Source: Balanoglossus misakiensis (Eukaryota > Animalia > Hemichordata). From it: a DNA stretch of 64,000 nucleotides. The translations under genes and the position numbers were made by a program. Under the pieces are notes generated by a model, which did no database searches, was not told where the DNA came from, and was given only the letters and a program-made list of their open reading frames with translations. Location of the stretch: assembly GCA_040954595.2 (NCBI GenBank), contig CM082584.2, positions 1,102,281 through 1,166,280 of the forward strand. Direction: 5' to 3'. Position 1 is the stretch's first letter. The number at the start of each line of letters is the position of its first letter. Shown in pieces: positions 14,601 through 27,100 of this stretch.

Positions 14601-14702
14601 GGCGACAGTGGTAGTGCCAGTGGAAGTGAGGAATGGAGACCAAGGCCTCTTAAGAGTAGAAATGAACTATTTCATGAGAGTCACGGAGACAGATACTTCT
14701 AA
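5608..14702 (+). CDS. 3' part of an Uninflatable/SVEP1-like type I transmembrane protein (pentraxin/LamG-HYR-sushi-ephrin-receptor-like Cys repeats-EGFx2-TM-NPxY); 5' part not in window
   Basis: Phase-consistent GT-AG exons: 5608-5808 and 6212-6495 (pentraxin, WHNVVM..YLNG, FHGDVTQMNVYDYVL); 7219-7359 and 8064-8159 (HYR, DKHAPEVIYCP..WQEPIFTD..ASDTAGNNTQCNF); 9159-9359 (sushi; acceptor reads AT); 9765-10017 (RRKR); 10586-10734; 11329-11490, 11736-11897, 12142-12309 and 12447-12608 (CPxGxY..C..CP repeats); 13178-13300 (Ca-EGF); 13594-13722 (EGF); 13990-14086 (TM, AVIIGGVAGGLAAVLVLGVIMLLMY); 14438-14702 (tail with YNPMY, TAA). Confidence 0.9.
6835..6919. repeat. (CAC/CAT)n microsatellite in intron
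   Basis: Run of CAC/CAT triplets; produces the spurious poly-His and poly-Met/Val ORFs. Confidence 0.95.
8257..8446. mobile_element. Tc1/mariner-type MITE (TA TSD)
   Basis: TA|CTGTAAAACGG...CCGTTTTACAG|TA terminal inverted repeats. Confidence 0.75.
10309..10516. mobile_element. Tc1/mariner-type MITE related to 8257-8446
   Basis: TA|CTGCAAAAC...GTTTACAG|TA, with internal TTTTCGCG/CGCGAAAA motifs. Confidence 0.6.
10772..10856. mobile_element. piggyBac-type MITE (TTAA TSD)
   Basis: TTAA|CCCTTTCAC...GTGAAAGGA|TTAA. Confidence 0.7.
11074..11185 (+). repeat. Short dispersed repeat, second copy at ~13377-13495
   Basis: GCTGCCCTTTTTCCATTAATTATGTTTGATA...CATGTGGATATATAGTGAATCAAC occurs in two introns. 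Confidence 0.8.
12915..13097. mobile_element. Kolobok-type MITE (TTAA TSD, AG..CT ends)
   Basis: TTAA|AGGTATACAGTCACCT...AGGTGACCGTATACCT|TTAA. Confidence 0.8.
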
Positions 14703-16341
14703 TGTGCCATCTCTGTGTGTACATGTATGGTATAATTCAAATGATAACTAGAATGGTTTTCATTTTGTGAGTTGACACAGTACTGTGATAAGCTTGGTAT
14801 AATCCCATAAATGATAACAATAATAGTTATGCTTTGTCAGATGACAGTACTGTGATAAGCGCACATTAAATTGGTTGGAGTGAAACAGATCTTTATTATT
14901 ACACTCTTAGCAACATCTGAATGAAATGATCATAAATAATCATCTTTAAAGTATGTTGGTTATAAGGCTATATATTTTACATATTTTAAAGAATTTTCCT
15001 TAAAAATTTGTTGTGACTTATTATAAGGTATTGTGTAATGAAAAAGATATGATAATACGAGAATTCCTAAACAACAACATATTTTTGTTGAATTTGGAGG
15101 ACAAATTTAACAGTGTACCAATTCAGCTCTCCCTTTGCATGCTGACTTGCTTCTGTATTCATACAAGGCAGCATTTATCCTTAACTTGATCAGATAGAAG
15201 GTCTTTTCATCCAAATGCATAGATTATGAATTATTTCTCTCAATATATTCAGTGACTACCTCCCGATGATATATATCCTCCTGAATTAGTGCTTCAAATT
15301 TTGATATTTTTCTTGATATTTTTCTTTAATTTGACTTCAACCGTCACCATTCTCCAAGACTGTAAAAGAAGGGAGATGATGATTAACTATTATCAATTTT
15401 TTTGCCCCTTGTACTGTCTTTACAACTGGCCGTATAAATCTGATATTTGTTTGGCATGCGAATTTTGGAATATGGATGTGTATGATCACAATTATAAGAT
15501 CCTCAAAATAAAAGATCCTATCATTTCATTTGGTTAATAACCAGTTCATTGGTGAATGGAAATATAGTTACTCACTTTGAGACCTGACATGTATATATAA
15601 TAATTCAAAGTATTTATTCGCATATTTTTATATTATTCATGGTGTTATAGATCAATGGAAATTTTTCAAATTAAATTCATGTATATAAAATGTAGCAATG
15701 TAATGTCATATGTGAAACCCTTAATCTTGATATTGTAATTCATTGTAGAATATGATTATATTGTGTTATTCACTCAACTTGTGCATGTATGTTTAAGATT
15801 CATGCAAAATTACTTTTTTATACAAACTGTTCCTTTTTGTGTTGTTCGGAGGTGACAACTCATCAACAATGAAATAAGTTTGGGAAATTTTTGAACAAAG
15901 TCATGAAGTGGAAGTACTATAAATAAGTTTAATATCTGTTTGAGTTGTCCTGCCAGAAGTCAACATTTTTAGCTTATACAAATACTGGTGCAACTACAGA
16001 ACAGTTGAAGAATTTCATCATTATATTTATGTTTTAATTACAAGTATATCAATTGTACCTTTTCCTTATATTAAAAGCATATTTTTATTATAATATTTAA
16101 CTGAGTTCTTTGTCTACTTTTTTAAACTGACAATTTGTCAGTCATTACCATAACCCTGGAGTGTATTTCACTGTGTCCAGAGATTCTTCTGTAGTTGTTA
16201 TAATAAGACATCAAACCAGGTCCAATAATCAATATTACTCAAGCTAAGCTAATTACCAGGTCCAGGTTCAAAAAAGAAATAAGAGAAAAACTTACAATTT
16301 CAACAGGATCATCTTGAACCACTGCTAAGTGGTAGTACTCG

Positions 16342-16791
16342 CACAGGGGGGCTGCAAACATGAAAGTTATAAATGGCGGAGTTCCTGCATTTTCCCCCAA
16401 TAAACATTAATTGATGAACAGTCTTTGTGCTTGTTTATTTTTCTGTGTTACCTCCACCTGTCTTAGCAGTTGCTAATCCAGAATACAAACTATTGCATTT
16501 CCAATTAAGCACCTGCTAACGACTTAATCTGTGTGCCCCATCCACGGATTTAGTGGATTAAGTAAACATCGGTCAGTTCTCACTTGGTAAGAGAATACCC
16601 AGTACTCGCTGACCGATGTTTACTTTATTAACTTAATCCATGGATGGGGCACACAGATTAAGTCGTTAGCAGGTGATTAATGGGAAATGGATAGCTTTTA
16701 TTCTGGATTAGCAAATGATAAGACAGGTTGGGAAAACGCAGAATGGAACGTACTTCGCCATTTATAACTTTCATGTTTGCAGCCCCCTGTG
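16342..16791. mobile_element. Almost fully palindromic (foldback) MITE, possibly P-superfamily
   Basis: CACAGGGGG..GCTGCAAACATGAAAGTTATAAATGGCG at the left end is mirrored at the right end; 16460-16580 is mirrored at 16610-16730. Flanks GTACTCG / GTACTAG match at 6 of 7 bp, like a TSD. Confidence 0.8.
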
Positions 16792-17419
16792 GTACTAGGT
16801 GTCGGAAATGGGTAAGCACACCCTTCCAGCATGCTACACCCGTTAAGACTGACCCAAAGAGACATATTTAAGTTGAATTTGACTTAACTAACAAATTACT
16901 GTTGCAAGTCAAATCCATATTTTGACTTTATCTCTGACTGAGCGCAGCATTGTCTGAGAGACACTCCACGTCTTCCTCTTCACAAGCAGCCCACTTCAAG
17001 TTTCAGCAACATCCATAATAGTCCTAAAGTTGAGGTGCCAGTTAAAATTAGGTTTTTGGACCAAACTGGAATAGCTGCCGAAGTTTGGTATTTCAAATGA
17101 TTGTCAGGTCACCTGTTTATTATATGACTGTGAGGTTTCTAACAAAAGGGAGATGACATACAATCACAAGTGTAAATCCAATATTGAACATTACTTAAAG
17201 GGACAAATTGTTCAAATACTCTTTTGAGCTTATTTGGTCAATTTTGTTTGATATGAAATGTGCCTATTATGCTGTTTGACTTCTTTAAACATGCTTAAAT
17301 ACTGGCCAATAAATAACTCCACTATGTTTGAAATTAAACCAGATAGTACAATAATACATTCCAAATGTCATCTGTGATAACATCATGCTTTGGACTTTTT
17401 TACTTTATATATTACATAA

Positions 17420-17668
17420 CATGTTACGGAGGGGGGAGAGAGGTGAGAAAAGGAATGTGAGAAAGGAGAAGAAAAGCAAGAGGGCGGAAATGAGAATGTC
17501 AGGATGGAAAGGGAATGAGGGGAGGACTTTGACAGAAGGGGAGGGGAGAGACCGAATAAGTGAAGGTGAGAGAGGAAGTGGTTAGACAGGAAGAAAGGGA
17601 AATTAAAGCTCAATCACCACCACCACCACCACCACAATCATCATCATCACCATCATTGCCATCATCAT
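17420..17668. repeat. Polypurine low-complexity tract followed by (CAC/CAT)n microsatellite
   Basis: GA-rich run at 17420-17610, then CAC/CAT triplets. Confidence 0.85.
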
Positions 17669-19414
17669 TCTGGAGGCATCGTGGCCTGTATTGGCCCATG
17701 GGCATCATGGGCCAAAAAAACTGATTCAGTGTAAATGTGCATAAACCACACTTTTGTACGAACTCCTGTAACCGGGTGACGCAAGTCGTGAGTGGATTTG
17801 TGGGCGTGTCGCGACCTTTTCTGTGAACGTGATGCAGAGTGATATATTGATGACCCCCAGCCACCCCCACACCCTTTGGTAACACACTTCTTAAACTTTC
17901 TTTACATAGAATGGACTTCTCAAACCTTCCTTACCAAAGTTCTGATTAAAGATATCTATCTTCTAGGGTACTACCAACAGCGTTTCACGTGACTGTAGAC
18001 AAGCATCAAGTACCTGTACACAGACAAGGGCGTGCGCGCGTCCACAATAATTTAAAACGAATGTTTCCACCGCCGTGTGTTTTATGCACATAAACACTGA
18101 ATCAGCTTTAATATTGTCCCATGATGCCCCGTGAGTTGTCAGGGTACCAAACTGACAATGCTGGAGAAAAAATGAAGTGTTGACATGCATGTTGTTGAGG
18201 GGTTTCACAATGCATGTTACGGACGCTGGTTTCTCTTAGCAATAGAGTAGAGGCGTAAGGATGGGTTGATCTTGTGATTAAGAATTTTGGCAAAGAAACA
18301 GAAATTGTGTCATTTAGTTTTGTATTAAACCCTATTCGCGTATTTTGTGTTAAAGCACGAAATACTGCAATAATGAGATACGGTAGTATTTAACACATAT
18401 AATATATGATATAATATAGCTTTATCAATACCAGTGAATTTTGTGACGTCATTGCTGTACATTTTTTTATCTTTTATTTAAAACGCACAATGTTACATCA
18501 ACAAATCAAAAGAAGAAACGAACTGAAAACTCACATCATAGCTTCAAAATTTATTACACTTTCTGGATGGTTGCATGATTCCTAAGGTTTGTATACCTTC
18601 AACCTCAATGTCACGCGGGAGGATTGGTGTTGGGAATGTAACGGGGAATTAAACTCTATCGATGGGGATAACTCGCTTGGCTAATACTGAGAGGTACCTA
18701 TATGGAATCGTGCTGACGTCCAGATACATCGACACGAACACTGGGTATTTATGGTAGCAACTGAGAATATAAGAATTTAATGAAATAAACCTACTCGACC
18801 ACTTGCGTTCTGAGGACAAGAAGGACACAAATAGTCCGCCATCCAAAAGACCGTTCCAGCATTTTATTTTTACCCGCCAAAAGACGCGGAGATATATTTT
18901 TAGATGAATGATCCATGCATACTCTGATTGCATAGTACTTGTCTTCCTTGTGTTCCTTAAAACAATGAATGTATTGTATTTTCTTTTCTTTTCATCAGGA
19001 ATGCGATAACTTTCTTAACACTTCAAAAGTTTCTTTACTCTTCAATCACTTCTGTCTCAACTTTTAAGTTTAACTTTTACTTCCAAATCTCAGGTCACAA
19101 ACTCTATAGACTGCTAAACAATTTTCTTCCTAGTGTTGTATGCGCCACTTGTGAATTTTTGCGAGTGAGATTCACGGGCGTTTGAGCACAATTTATACAA
19201 AATATGTTTATCGCCATTAGAAAAACGTTCGCGTAGAATCAATGACGTCATGGTAAATTTTAGCTGCATGCTCCAATAGGGATGATAGGGAGACTACTTG
19301 TTGTAGAGCACCTGAAAATGTACGTATTTCGTCACTTCCTTTTCGCGAAATTTAATTCTTAACGGCATCTTAGTTTTAAGATTTGTGATTCCTTTTTTCT
19401 TCAGTTGTACATTT

Positions 19415-19690
19415 GCATCACGGGATACTTCTTTGTAGACTATCGAACCTTGGCATCTCAGACACAGTACTAACATGGTTTACATCTTACCTTCAATATA
19501 GATATCAAACTGTAATCATCGAAAACACTGCAAGTTCACAGTCACCTCTCGTATACGGGGTGCCACTGCCCCTCTGTTGTTCACCATTTATATAGCCCAA
19601 CTTTATAGTAAACCGATTCGTCCCCACATCCTACAATTTCATCAGTACGCCGATGATAACCAGCGATACCTCGCCTTTTCCCATCAAGAT
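19415..19690 (+). pseudogene. Degenerate non-LTR (CR1/L2-like) reverse-transcriptase fragment
   Basis: HGILLCRLSNLGISDTVLTWFTSYLQYRYQTV...YGVP, then frameshifted LFTIY...FHQYADDNQRYLAF (YADD motif). Confidence 0.85.
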
Positions 19691-19748
19691 TCAACCTCTG
19701 ACGTTCCTGTCTTCTAAGGATTGTTGAACTTTAATTCATGCAGTTTGT

Positions 19749-20375
19749 TGTTACGGCCGGTCGTCCTCCGGACGTTTACCTCATCGGCTTCTGTGGGGAA
19801 TCAGCCACGTCCGAAAGCTGACGGCGTACATTCTCTTCATCTCCTTCTCCACCCAACATATTCATAAAGTCCGAGAGAGGTACCCGGCAGATCGTAAACC
19901 TTTCGTAGACAGAGACTTGCAAGAAGTTTTCCGAGTAACACAAAGTTCTGGTTTATTACTGGTCACACGTAAGAATTACACGACTCGATCCATGCTCGTT
20001 GACTCCCATCACGGATCTCCGGTGATAAATGTGTGATCTCAAATTTCACCACACCTTATTAATACGTTAGTCAAGTATTAAGTCATAAAAGGAACACGTC
20101 ATCTTGATATTTCTTAAACATGAACTTAGCGCGTGATATCTCTATCTCGTTCTGACATGTATCAATTACACAATGTTGTTTACTCTGGGTCAAGTACCAA
20201 TGTCAATACTGGACTAAAACCATATAAGTGAACGACTTCTTACATAATCATAAACAAGATCTATGATCGTTAAAACTCAATCGTGACACTTGTATTACCG
20301 CTGGTTTCTCATGATTGTTCATGCATCGGGGAATCTGTAGCGATGAGGTAACGGGCTCTGACGAGAACCGTGATC
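19749..20375. mobile_element. Possible solo-LTR-like insert
   Basis: Starts TGTTACGG; TTACCTCATCG (~19777) is mirrored by CGATGAGGTAA (20341); minus-strand AATAAA near 19955. Right boundary and TSD are unclear. Confidence 0.25.
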
Positions 20376-20593
20376 CACGGAGAAACGTATTTGATTTACG
20401 TTCATTTATTGTCCGGAATTATTATAGTACATCAAATACGCCCAGTAAAGTACATGAGGAAGGGAACGAGCTCAGTAGCCTGAGGTACTCCCATCTCCCG
20501 TTAGATTATTCTCCCCTAACTTTGGAAACAAAGTTCTCTTATGATTACTTTTCTCAAGGCGTGGTTAACCATGTAAAATATCACAAATACATG

Positions 20594-22886
20594 TAGTGGC
20601 CAGTGTCGTGCCCATTAATTTTGAGTGTTTGGTGGGGTCAACCTTTGCGTCAACATTGATTAACCAGGCCATGCAGAGCTAGTGGCCAGTGTCGTGCCCA
20701 TTAATTTTGAGTGTTTGGTGGGGTCAACCTTTGCGTCAACATTGATTAACCAGGCCATGCAGAGCTAGTGGCCAGTGTCGTGCCCATTAATTTTGAGTGT
20801 TTGGTGGGGTCAACCTTTGCGTCAACATTGATTAACCAGGCCATGCAGAGCTAGTGGCCAGTGTCGTGCCCATTAATTTTGAGTGTTTGGTGGGGTCAAC
20901 CTTTGCGTCAACATTGATTAACCATGCCATGCAGAGCTAGTAGCCAGTGTCGTGCCCATTAATTTTGAGTGTTTGGTGGGGTCAACCTTTGCGTCAACAT
21001 TGATTAACCAGGCCATGCAGAGCTAGTGGCCAGTGTCGTGCCCATTAATTTTGAGTGTTTGGTGGGGTCAACCTTTGCGTCAACATTGATTAACCAGGCC
21101 ATGCAGAGCTAGTGGCCAGTGTCGTGCCCATTAATTTTGAGTGTTTGGTGGGGTCAACCTTTGCGTCAACATTGATTAACCAGGCCAGAGCTTAGTGGCC
21201 AGTGTCGTGCCCATCAATTTTGAGTGTTTGGTGGGGTCAACCCTTGCGTCAACCTTGATTAGCCAGGCCAGAGCTTAGTGGCCAGTGTCGCGCCCATTAA
21301 TTTTGAGTGTTTGGTGGGGTCAACCCTTGCGTCAACCTGGATTAGCCAGGCCAGAGCTAGTGGCCAGTGTCGTGCCCATCAATTTTGAGTGTTTGGTGGG
21401 GTCAACCCTTGCGTCAACATTGATTAGCCAGGCCAGAGCTAGTGGCCAGTGTCGTGCCCATCAATTTTGAGTGTTTGGTGGGGTCAACCCTTGCGTCAAC
21501 CTTGATTAGCCAGGCCAGAGCTAGTGGCCAGTGTCGTGCCCATCAATTATGAGTGTTTGGTGGGGTCAACCCTTGCGTCAACATTGATTAGCCAGGCCAG
21601 AGCTAGTGGCCAGTGTCGTGCCCATCAATTATGAGTGTTTGGTGGGGTCAACCCTTGCGTCAACATTGATTAGCCAGGCCAGAGCTTAGTGGCCAGTGTT
21701 GCGCCCATTAATTTTGAGTGTTTGGTGGGGTAAACCCTTGCGTCAACCTTGATTAGCCAGGCCAGAGCTAGTGGCCAGTGTCGTGCCCATCAATTTTGAG
21801 TGTTTGGTGGGGTCAACCTTTGCGTCAACCTTGATTAGCCAGGCCAGAGCTAGTGGCCAGTGTCGTGCCCATCAATTTTGAGTGTTTGGTGGGGTCAACC
21901 CTTGCGTCAACATTGATTAGCCAGGCCAGAGCTAGTGGCCAGTGTCGCGCCCATTAATTTTGAGTGTTTGGTGGGATCAACCTTTGCGTCAACCTTGATT
22001 AGCCAGGCCATGCAGAGCTAGTGGCCAGTGTCGTGCCCATCAATTTTGAGTGTTTGGTGGGGTCAACCTTTGCGTCAACCTTGATTAGCCAGGCCATGCA
22101 GAGCTAGTGGCCAGTGTCGTGCCCATCAATTTTGAGTGTTTGGTGGGTCAACCTTTGCGTCAACCTTGATTAGCCAGGCCATGCAGAGCTAGTGGCCAGT
22201 GTCGTGCCCATCAATTTTGAGTGTTTGGTGGGGTCAACCTTTGCGTCAACCTTGATTAACCAGGCCATGCAGAGCTAGTGGCCAGTGTCGTGCCCATCAA
22301 TTTTGAGTGTTTGGTGGGGTCAACCGTTGCGTCAACATTGATTAACCAGGCCATGCAGAGCTAGTGGCCAGTGTCGTGCCCATCAATTTTGAGTGTTTGG
22401 TGGGGTCAACCTTTGCGTCAACATTGATTAACCAGGCCATGCAGAGCTAGTGGCCAGTGTCGTGCCCATCAATTTTGAGTGTTTGGTGGGTTCAACCTTT
22501 GCGTCAACATTGATTAACCAGGCCATGCAGAGCTACATTGTAGTGGCCAGTGTCGTGCCCATTAATTTTGAGTGTTTGGTGGGGTCAACCTTTGCGTCAA
22601 CATTGATTAACCAGGCCATGCAGAGCTAGTGGCCAGTGTCGTGCCCATCAATTTTGAGTGTTTGGTGGGGTCAACCTTTGCGTCAACATTGATTAACCAG
22701 GCCATGCAGAGCTAGTGGCCAGTGTCGTGCCCATCAATTTTGAGTGTTTGGTGGGGTCAACCTTTGCATCAACATTGATTAACCAGGCCATGCAGAGCTA
22801 GTGGCCAGTGTCGTGCCCATTAATTTTGAGTGTTTGGTAGGGTCAACCTTTGCGTCAACATTGATTAACCAGGCCATGCAGAGCTA
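20594..22886. repeat. Tandem satellite, 86-bp unit (82-83-bp variants), about 27 copies
   Basis: Unit TAGTGGCCAGTGTCGTGCCCATTAATTTTGAGTGTTTGGTGGGGTCAACCTTTGCGTCAACATTGATTAACCAGGCCATGCAGAGC starts at 20594, 20680, 20766 and onward. Confidence 0.97.
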
Positions 22887-23496
22887 CATGTATGTTGCCT
22901 GTAAGGCACACATCTCCAATTGGTACATTGGGCCTATCATACTGTTCATGTACAACTAGGAAAATGTACTTCATCATATTTCCATAGTCAGCAGCTTCAA
23001 GAACATGTTGCCTTCTCTATATGAATGTTTAGACTAAAAAGAAGTATAAGAAGAATAAAGTTGTCCAATTATTGTTGGCAGGGGGTGGGGATGTGTGCTC
23101 CCATACAAATGTATATGGGTATGTACTCTTTAAGAAAAACGTTCATATGCAAGAGAAAAATGGTAAATGACAAAGAAAATTTGACTGGTATTACAATAGG
23201 TCGGGTTTTTGGCATTTACACATATTGATGTTATCAACCGGGAAGCACACTACGTGCTGAAAATAATTGGAGACCTCTCGCCCGGGGTGTCGGCCAGTGG
23301 CCACATACATTTCCAGTCCTAAACCTTGCATCAGTTCTGTGGTGCGGATTAAGTAATAAGATTGGCGCTACAATATGCCCACTTAGTTTGAAATGGATTC
23401 TGCATATATACATGTAAACACATTGAAAATGAGATATTACACATATAATCATGGGACAAGAAGGGCAAAAATTAAATTATCCAGCAGGTGCTCGAA

Positions 23497-24180
23497 TTAT
23501 GCAAATTAGAACAGTTGTCTAATATTGCCATGTCAACCACGTTGAAATTGTTTTAGGTACCCATATTAATTAAAACCGTGAAAATGCGATATTACACACC
23601 ATATAAGACAAACCAGGGAAATTTACATGTTAGAGAAGTTTGTCGGCCATTTTGGATTATGCAAATTAGTACAGTTGTCTAATATTGCCATGTCAACCAC
23701 GCTGAAATTGTTTTAGTTACCCATATTGATGAAAACCCTGCAAATGCGATTTTAGGCACCATATAAGACAAAACAGGGAAATTTACATTTAAGAAGAGTT
23801 TGGTGGCCATTTTGGATTATGCAAATTAGAACAGCTGTCTAATATTGCCATGTCAACGACGTTGAAATTGTTTTAGGTACCCATATTGATAAAAACCCTG
23901 CAAATGCGATATTACACACTATTAAAGACAACCATAGTAAATTTACATGTTAGAGAAGTTTGTCGGCCATTCTAGATCATGCAAATTAGAACAGCTGTCT
24001 AACATTGCAATGTCAACCACGTTGAAATTGTTTTAGGTACCCATATTGATGAAAACCCTTCAAATGCGATACTACACACTATTTAAGACGACCATAGGAA
24101 ATTTACATGTTAGAGGAGTTTGGCGGCCATTTTGGACTATGCAAATGAGAAGAGTTGAACAAAAAATGCCATATTTGCAA
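23497..24180. repeat. 160-bp tandem repeat (about 4.3 copies; about 1.5 copies in the mirror arm at 52630-52860; diverged relative at ~54085-54420)
   Basis: ATTATGCAAATTAG-like motif recurs at 23497, 23657, 23817, 23977 and 24137. Confidence 0.9.
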
Positions 24181-27100
24181 TGCTGTTGTCTTGTTTTGGG
24201 TGCCTATGTTAAGGCTTGAAAATGAAAGCTTATTCACCATTTTGGCACAAACAGTGCCGAGAAGGTGTTCCAATGTAACTTAGAAGAGTTGCCATATTTG
24301 CAATACAGTTATATTGTTTAAGGTATGAATGCAAATCCTGAATATTAGATTTATAACAATTTCATTGGAAAGAACATTTGTAGGTTCATCATTGACCCCA
24401 TAGGACTGTCAACTCGACTACAGACAGTCTCGATGAACACAAGACATGATCCCAATTTGCAAGCTGAGTTGAAACTGACTGCTGCAGTAACTTTAGCTCT
24501 GGGAATGTCTTGTGTGATTTAAAGCAATTGATGACCAAATTTAACACAGTTTCTCTGAGGTAACCACTTAGCTTTCGTGACTGGTTGTTTAAGAATCCAA
24601 AAAACATGAATTCTACCCAATGAATTCAACCCTTAGAATTTCACAACTGTAACACAGTTTGCAGTCATGCACAAAAGTGTGTATCATACACATAAGAAAT
24701 TTCTCACATGTATTTTTATGATGGCAATGCATTTGACTGTAAACAAACATTGACATCAGTCAGTAGCGCTATTTTGTCAGTGAAATGGCTTCATCATCAT
24801 CCCTCCAACCAAAGTTGAAACTGAGTTGCAAATATTGCACAGCTTGAAATCATAAAATGTTGCAAAATTGAACCAACAGTTCGGTCAATGATCAAGTTCT
24901 TACAGCTATTATTAGAACCAGACAATCTCAGCGAACAAGAGACATGGGCCTTATTTGCAAGTCGAGTTAGAACTGCCTTTGCCTGCCCACGGACGCCCCA
25001 GTTTCAGCAAAAATTATTGCATTAAAATGTGAGTATGGAGAACTATGCTCTGTGTTCCTTTTGTTAGCTTACATAGCTGTTGTCATTCTAGTTTTTCCTC
25101 TGTCCTGTGAACAGAGTTTCAGTTGCGAAAACCGACAGTTCTTAAAGTACAAAAGTACACCTAAATTGCCTCGGTGATGAGCATGCAGAATTTATCTGAT
25201 GCTTTTTACTGGCAGAAGGACCCCACCAGTTGCAGATTGTCAATTCCATGGCACAAGGGAATTTACGCTTTGCGTTCAAATATAAATAATTAACACCTGT
25301 TTAATTTTTCTATATGTTCTTTAGTGATGATTCAAAAGTATTATGACTGCTAGTGTGATTAATATTCTATTTTCAAAATGTGTTTCTCTTAATGATTATG
25401 AATACATCAAAATTTATGCTTTAAAATTAAATCATTATACCTGAAATATTGCAAATATTTGGAGGGTTGCATTTAATTTGAAGTTCTCGATCAAAGTTTT
25501 AGGCATAAAAAAGGTGCTACACCCCCGAAAAATTGGTAGCTATGAATTCAATTCAAAGAGTGTTGTAATGTCTGTTTTGCAACAGGGTGCCAGTTCAACA
25601 AAGCGCATGAGGATAGTAAATCACCTTTCTGAATTTTGTGCACCACAGTAAGAATTCCCTAGAAACTGCAAACTAAATTGCAAAGCAATCAGACAAAAAT
25701 GGCAGTAATTGCCAAAAAAAAAAAAAAAAATATTGTCACTTCCATCACTGGGTTTGTTAAATTGTCATAAAATCACACCTAAGAACATGCAAACCAAATT
25801 TTAAAAAAAATGTGGGTTGAGGTTTCTGAGTATATGACGACCAAAATCACCCCAAAATATACTTCAAAAATGAAAAATAAAATCTGTATAAAGTCTCAAT
25901 AACATAAATACACACCAATTTCTAAAGCAATCTGACCAGTACCTTCTTGAGTTTCTGAGTTTAGAACAATTTCACATTGGTCCCAATGGTATATTGACAT
26001 ATACAAAATTGGACCTAAAGAGTAAAACACATTTCAAAGATTTTACAATTAAAGCCTCACAAGCTGCCAAATTTTACACATCTTTTTCCACAATAACATT
26101 TTTCAAATCATCCACCTATCCTTTAAAATCAGCACCATTGAGCCATATTACTTGAATTTGCATGGGGTTTGTCATCTCTCTGCGATGTGTACCCTCCATA
26201 TGGAGGCTGATTAAAACAGGTGTGGCGCTCGTTTAATATCTGACTTCTTTAAATTGCAACATACAGGCACATTCATTAGTCAATAAAATGTTCATGTATA
26301 CCTATCAGTCAGTTTGTTTAGATGAACAAATCTAAGATGGAAAGTAATATCATGAAAATACTGAAAGATTGGAAACTCTGAGTTTGAGTCTAAGGATAAC
26401 AAGGGAACCTCTCTACTATTTGACGCACCAAAGCTATGAAAAACTTCCTTCTTTCCCTCAAATATTTTTTATGAATATGTTCTACTCCGTGATTAAAATT
26501 TCCCTTTTACCAAATGTACATATGTAAGAGACGTGATTTTTTCAGCAAAATTTCAAATGGCCTAGGGTGACTTTTTACCTACTTACCCATATTGGGTAGC
26601 ATGAAACACAGAATGGCATACCAGTGGGTTAGAGATACAGCGTTTTATATTAACATGAATTAACATGAAACTAAAAATTTGATGGTTTACTTAGGACTGC
26701 CTTGATCCATGGTAACCTCATTAAATATGTACATATCTAATTCTAGGCTATCCAGTTGCGGTAGAAACCTGGACATGGACAACTTTGGGGTCAAAATCTT
26801 TTGACAAAATGTTGGGTGATCTTGGGTAAACTTTGACCTACATTCCTATATCTTGGCATCCGGCACAGATACATCCCTGACACTTGGAGTGATGGAACTG
26901 CATAATGGAGTATTATGTCTCAGCTAGTCACAGTGCTTTTGCTGTGTTTTATGTCTTTTATTCAGCCAAATTAGATGTTTTTCATTACACATTGGCTGTG
27001 TTTGCCAGTACTTTTTAGCTGGTCACACTGCCTTAACACAATGTATTCTCAAAATACTCTGCAATCTTTATGAAGCATATACAGCAGACAAAGTTGTGGT

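Noticed and set aside
20594-22886. CRISPR-like regular array or ribozyme array
   Set aside because: Units are contiguous with no unique spacers, there are no cas genes, the context is eukaryotic, and neither strand has a hammerhead core (CTGANGA...GAAA).
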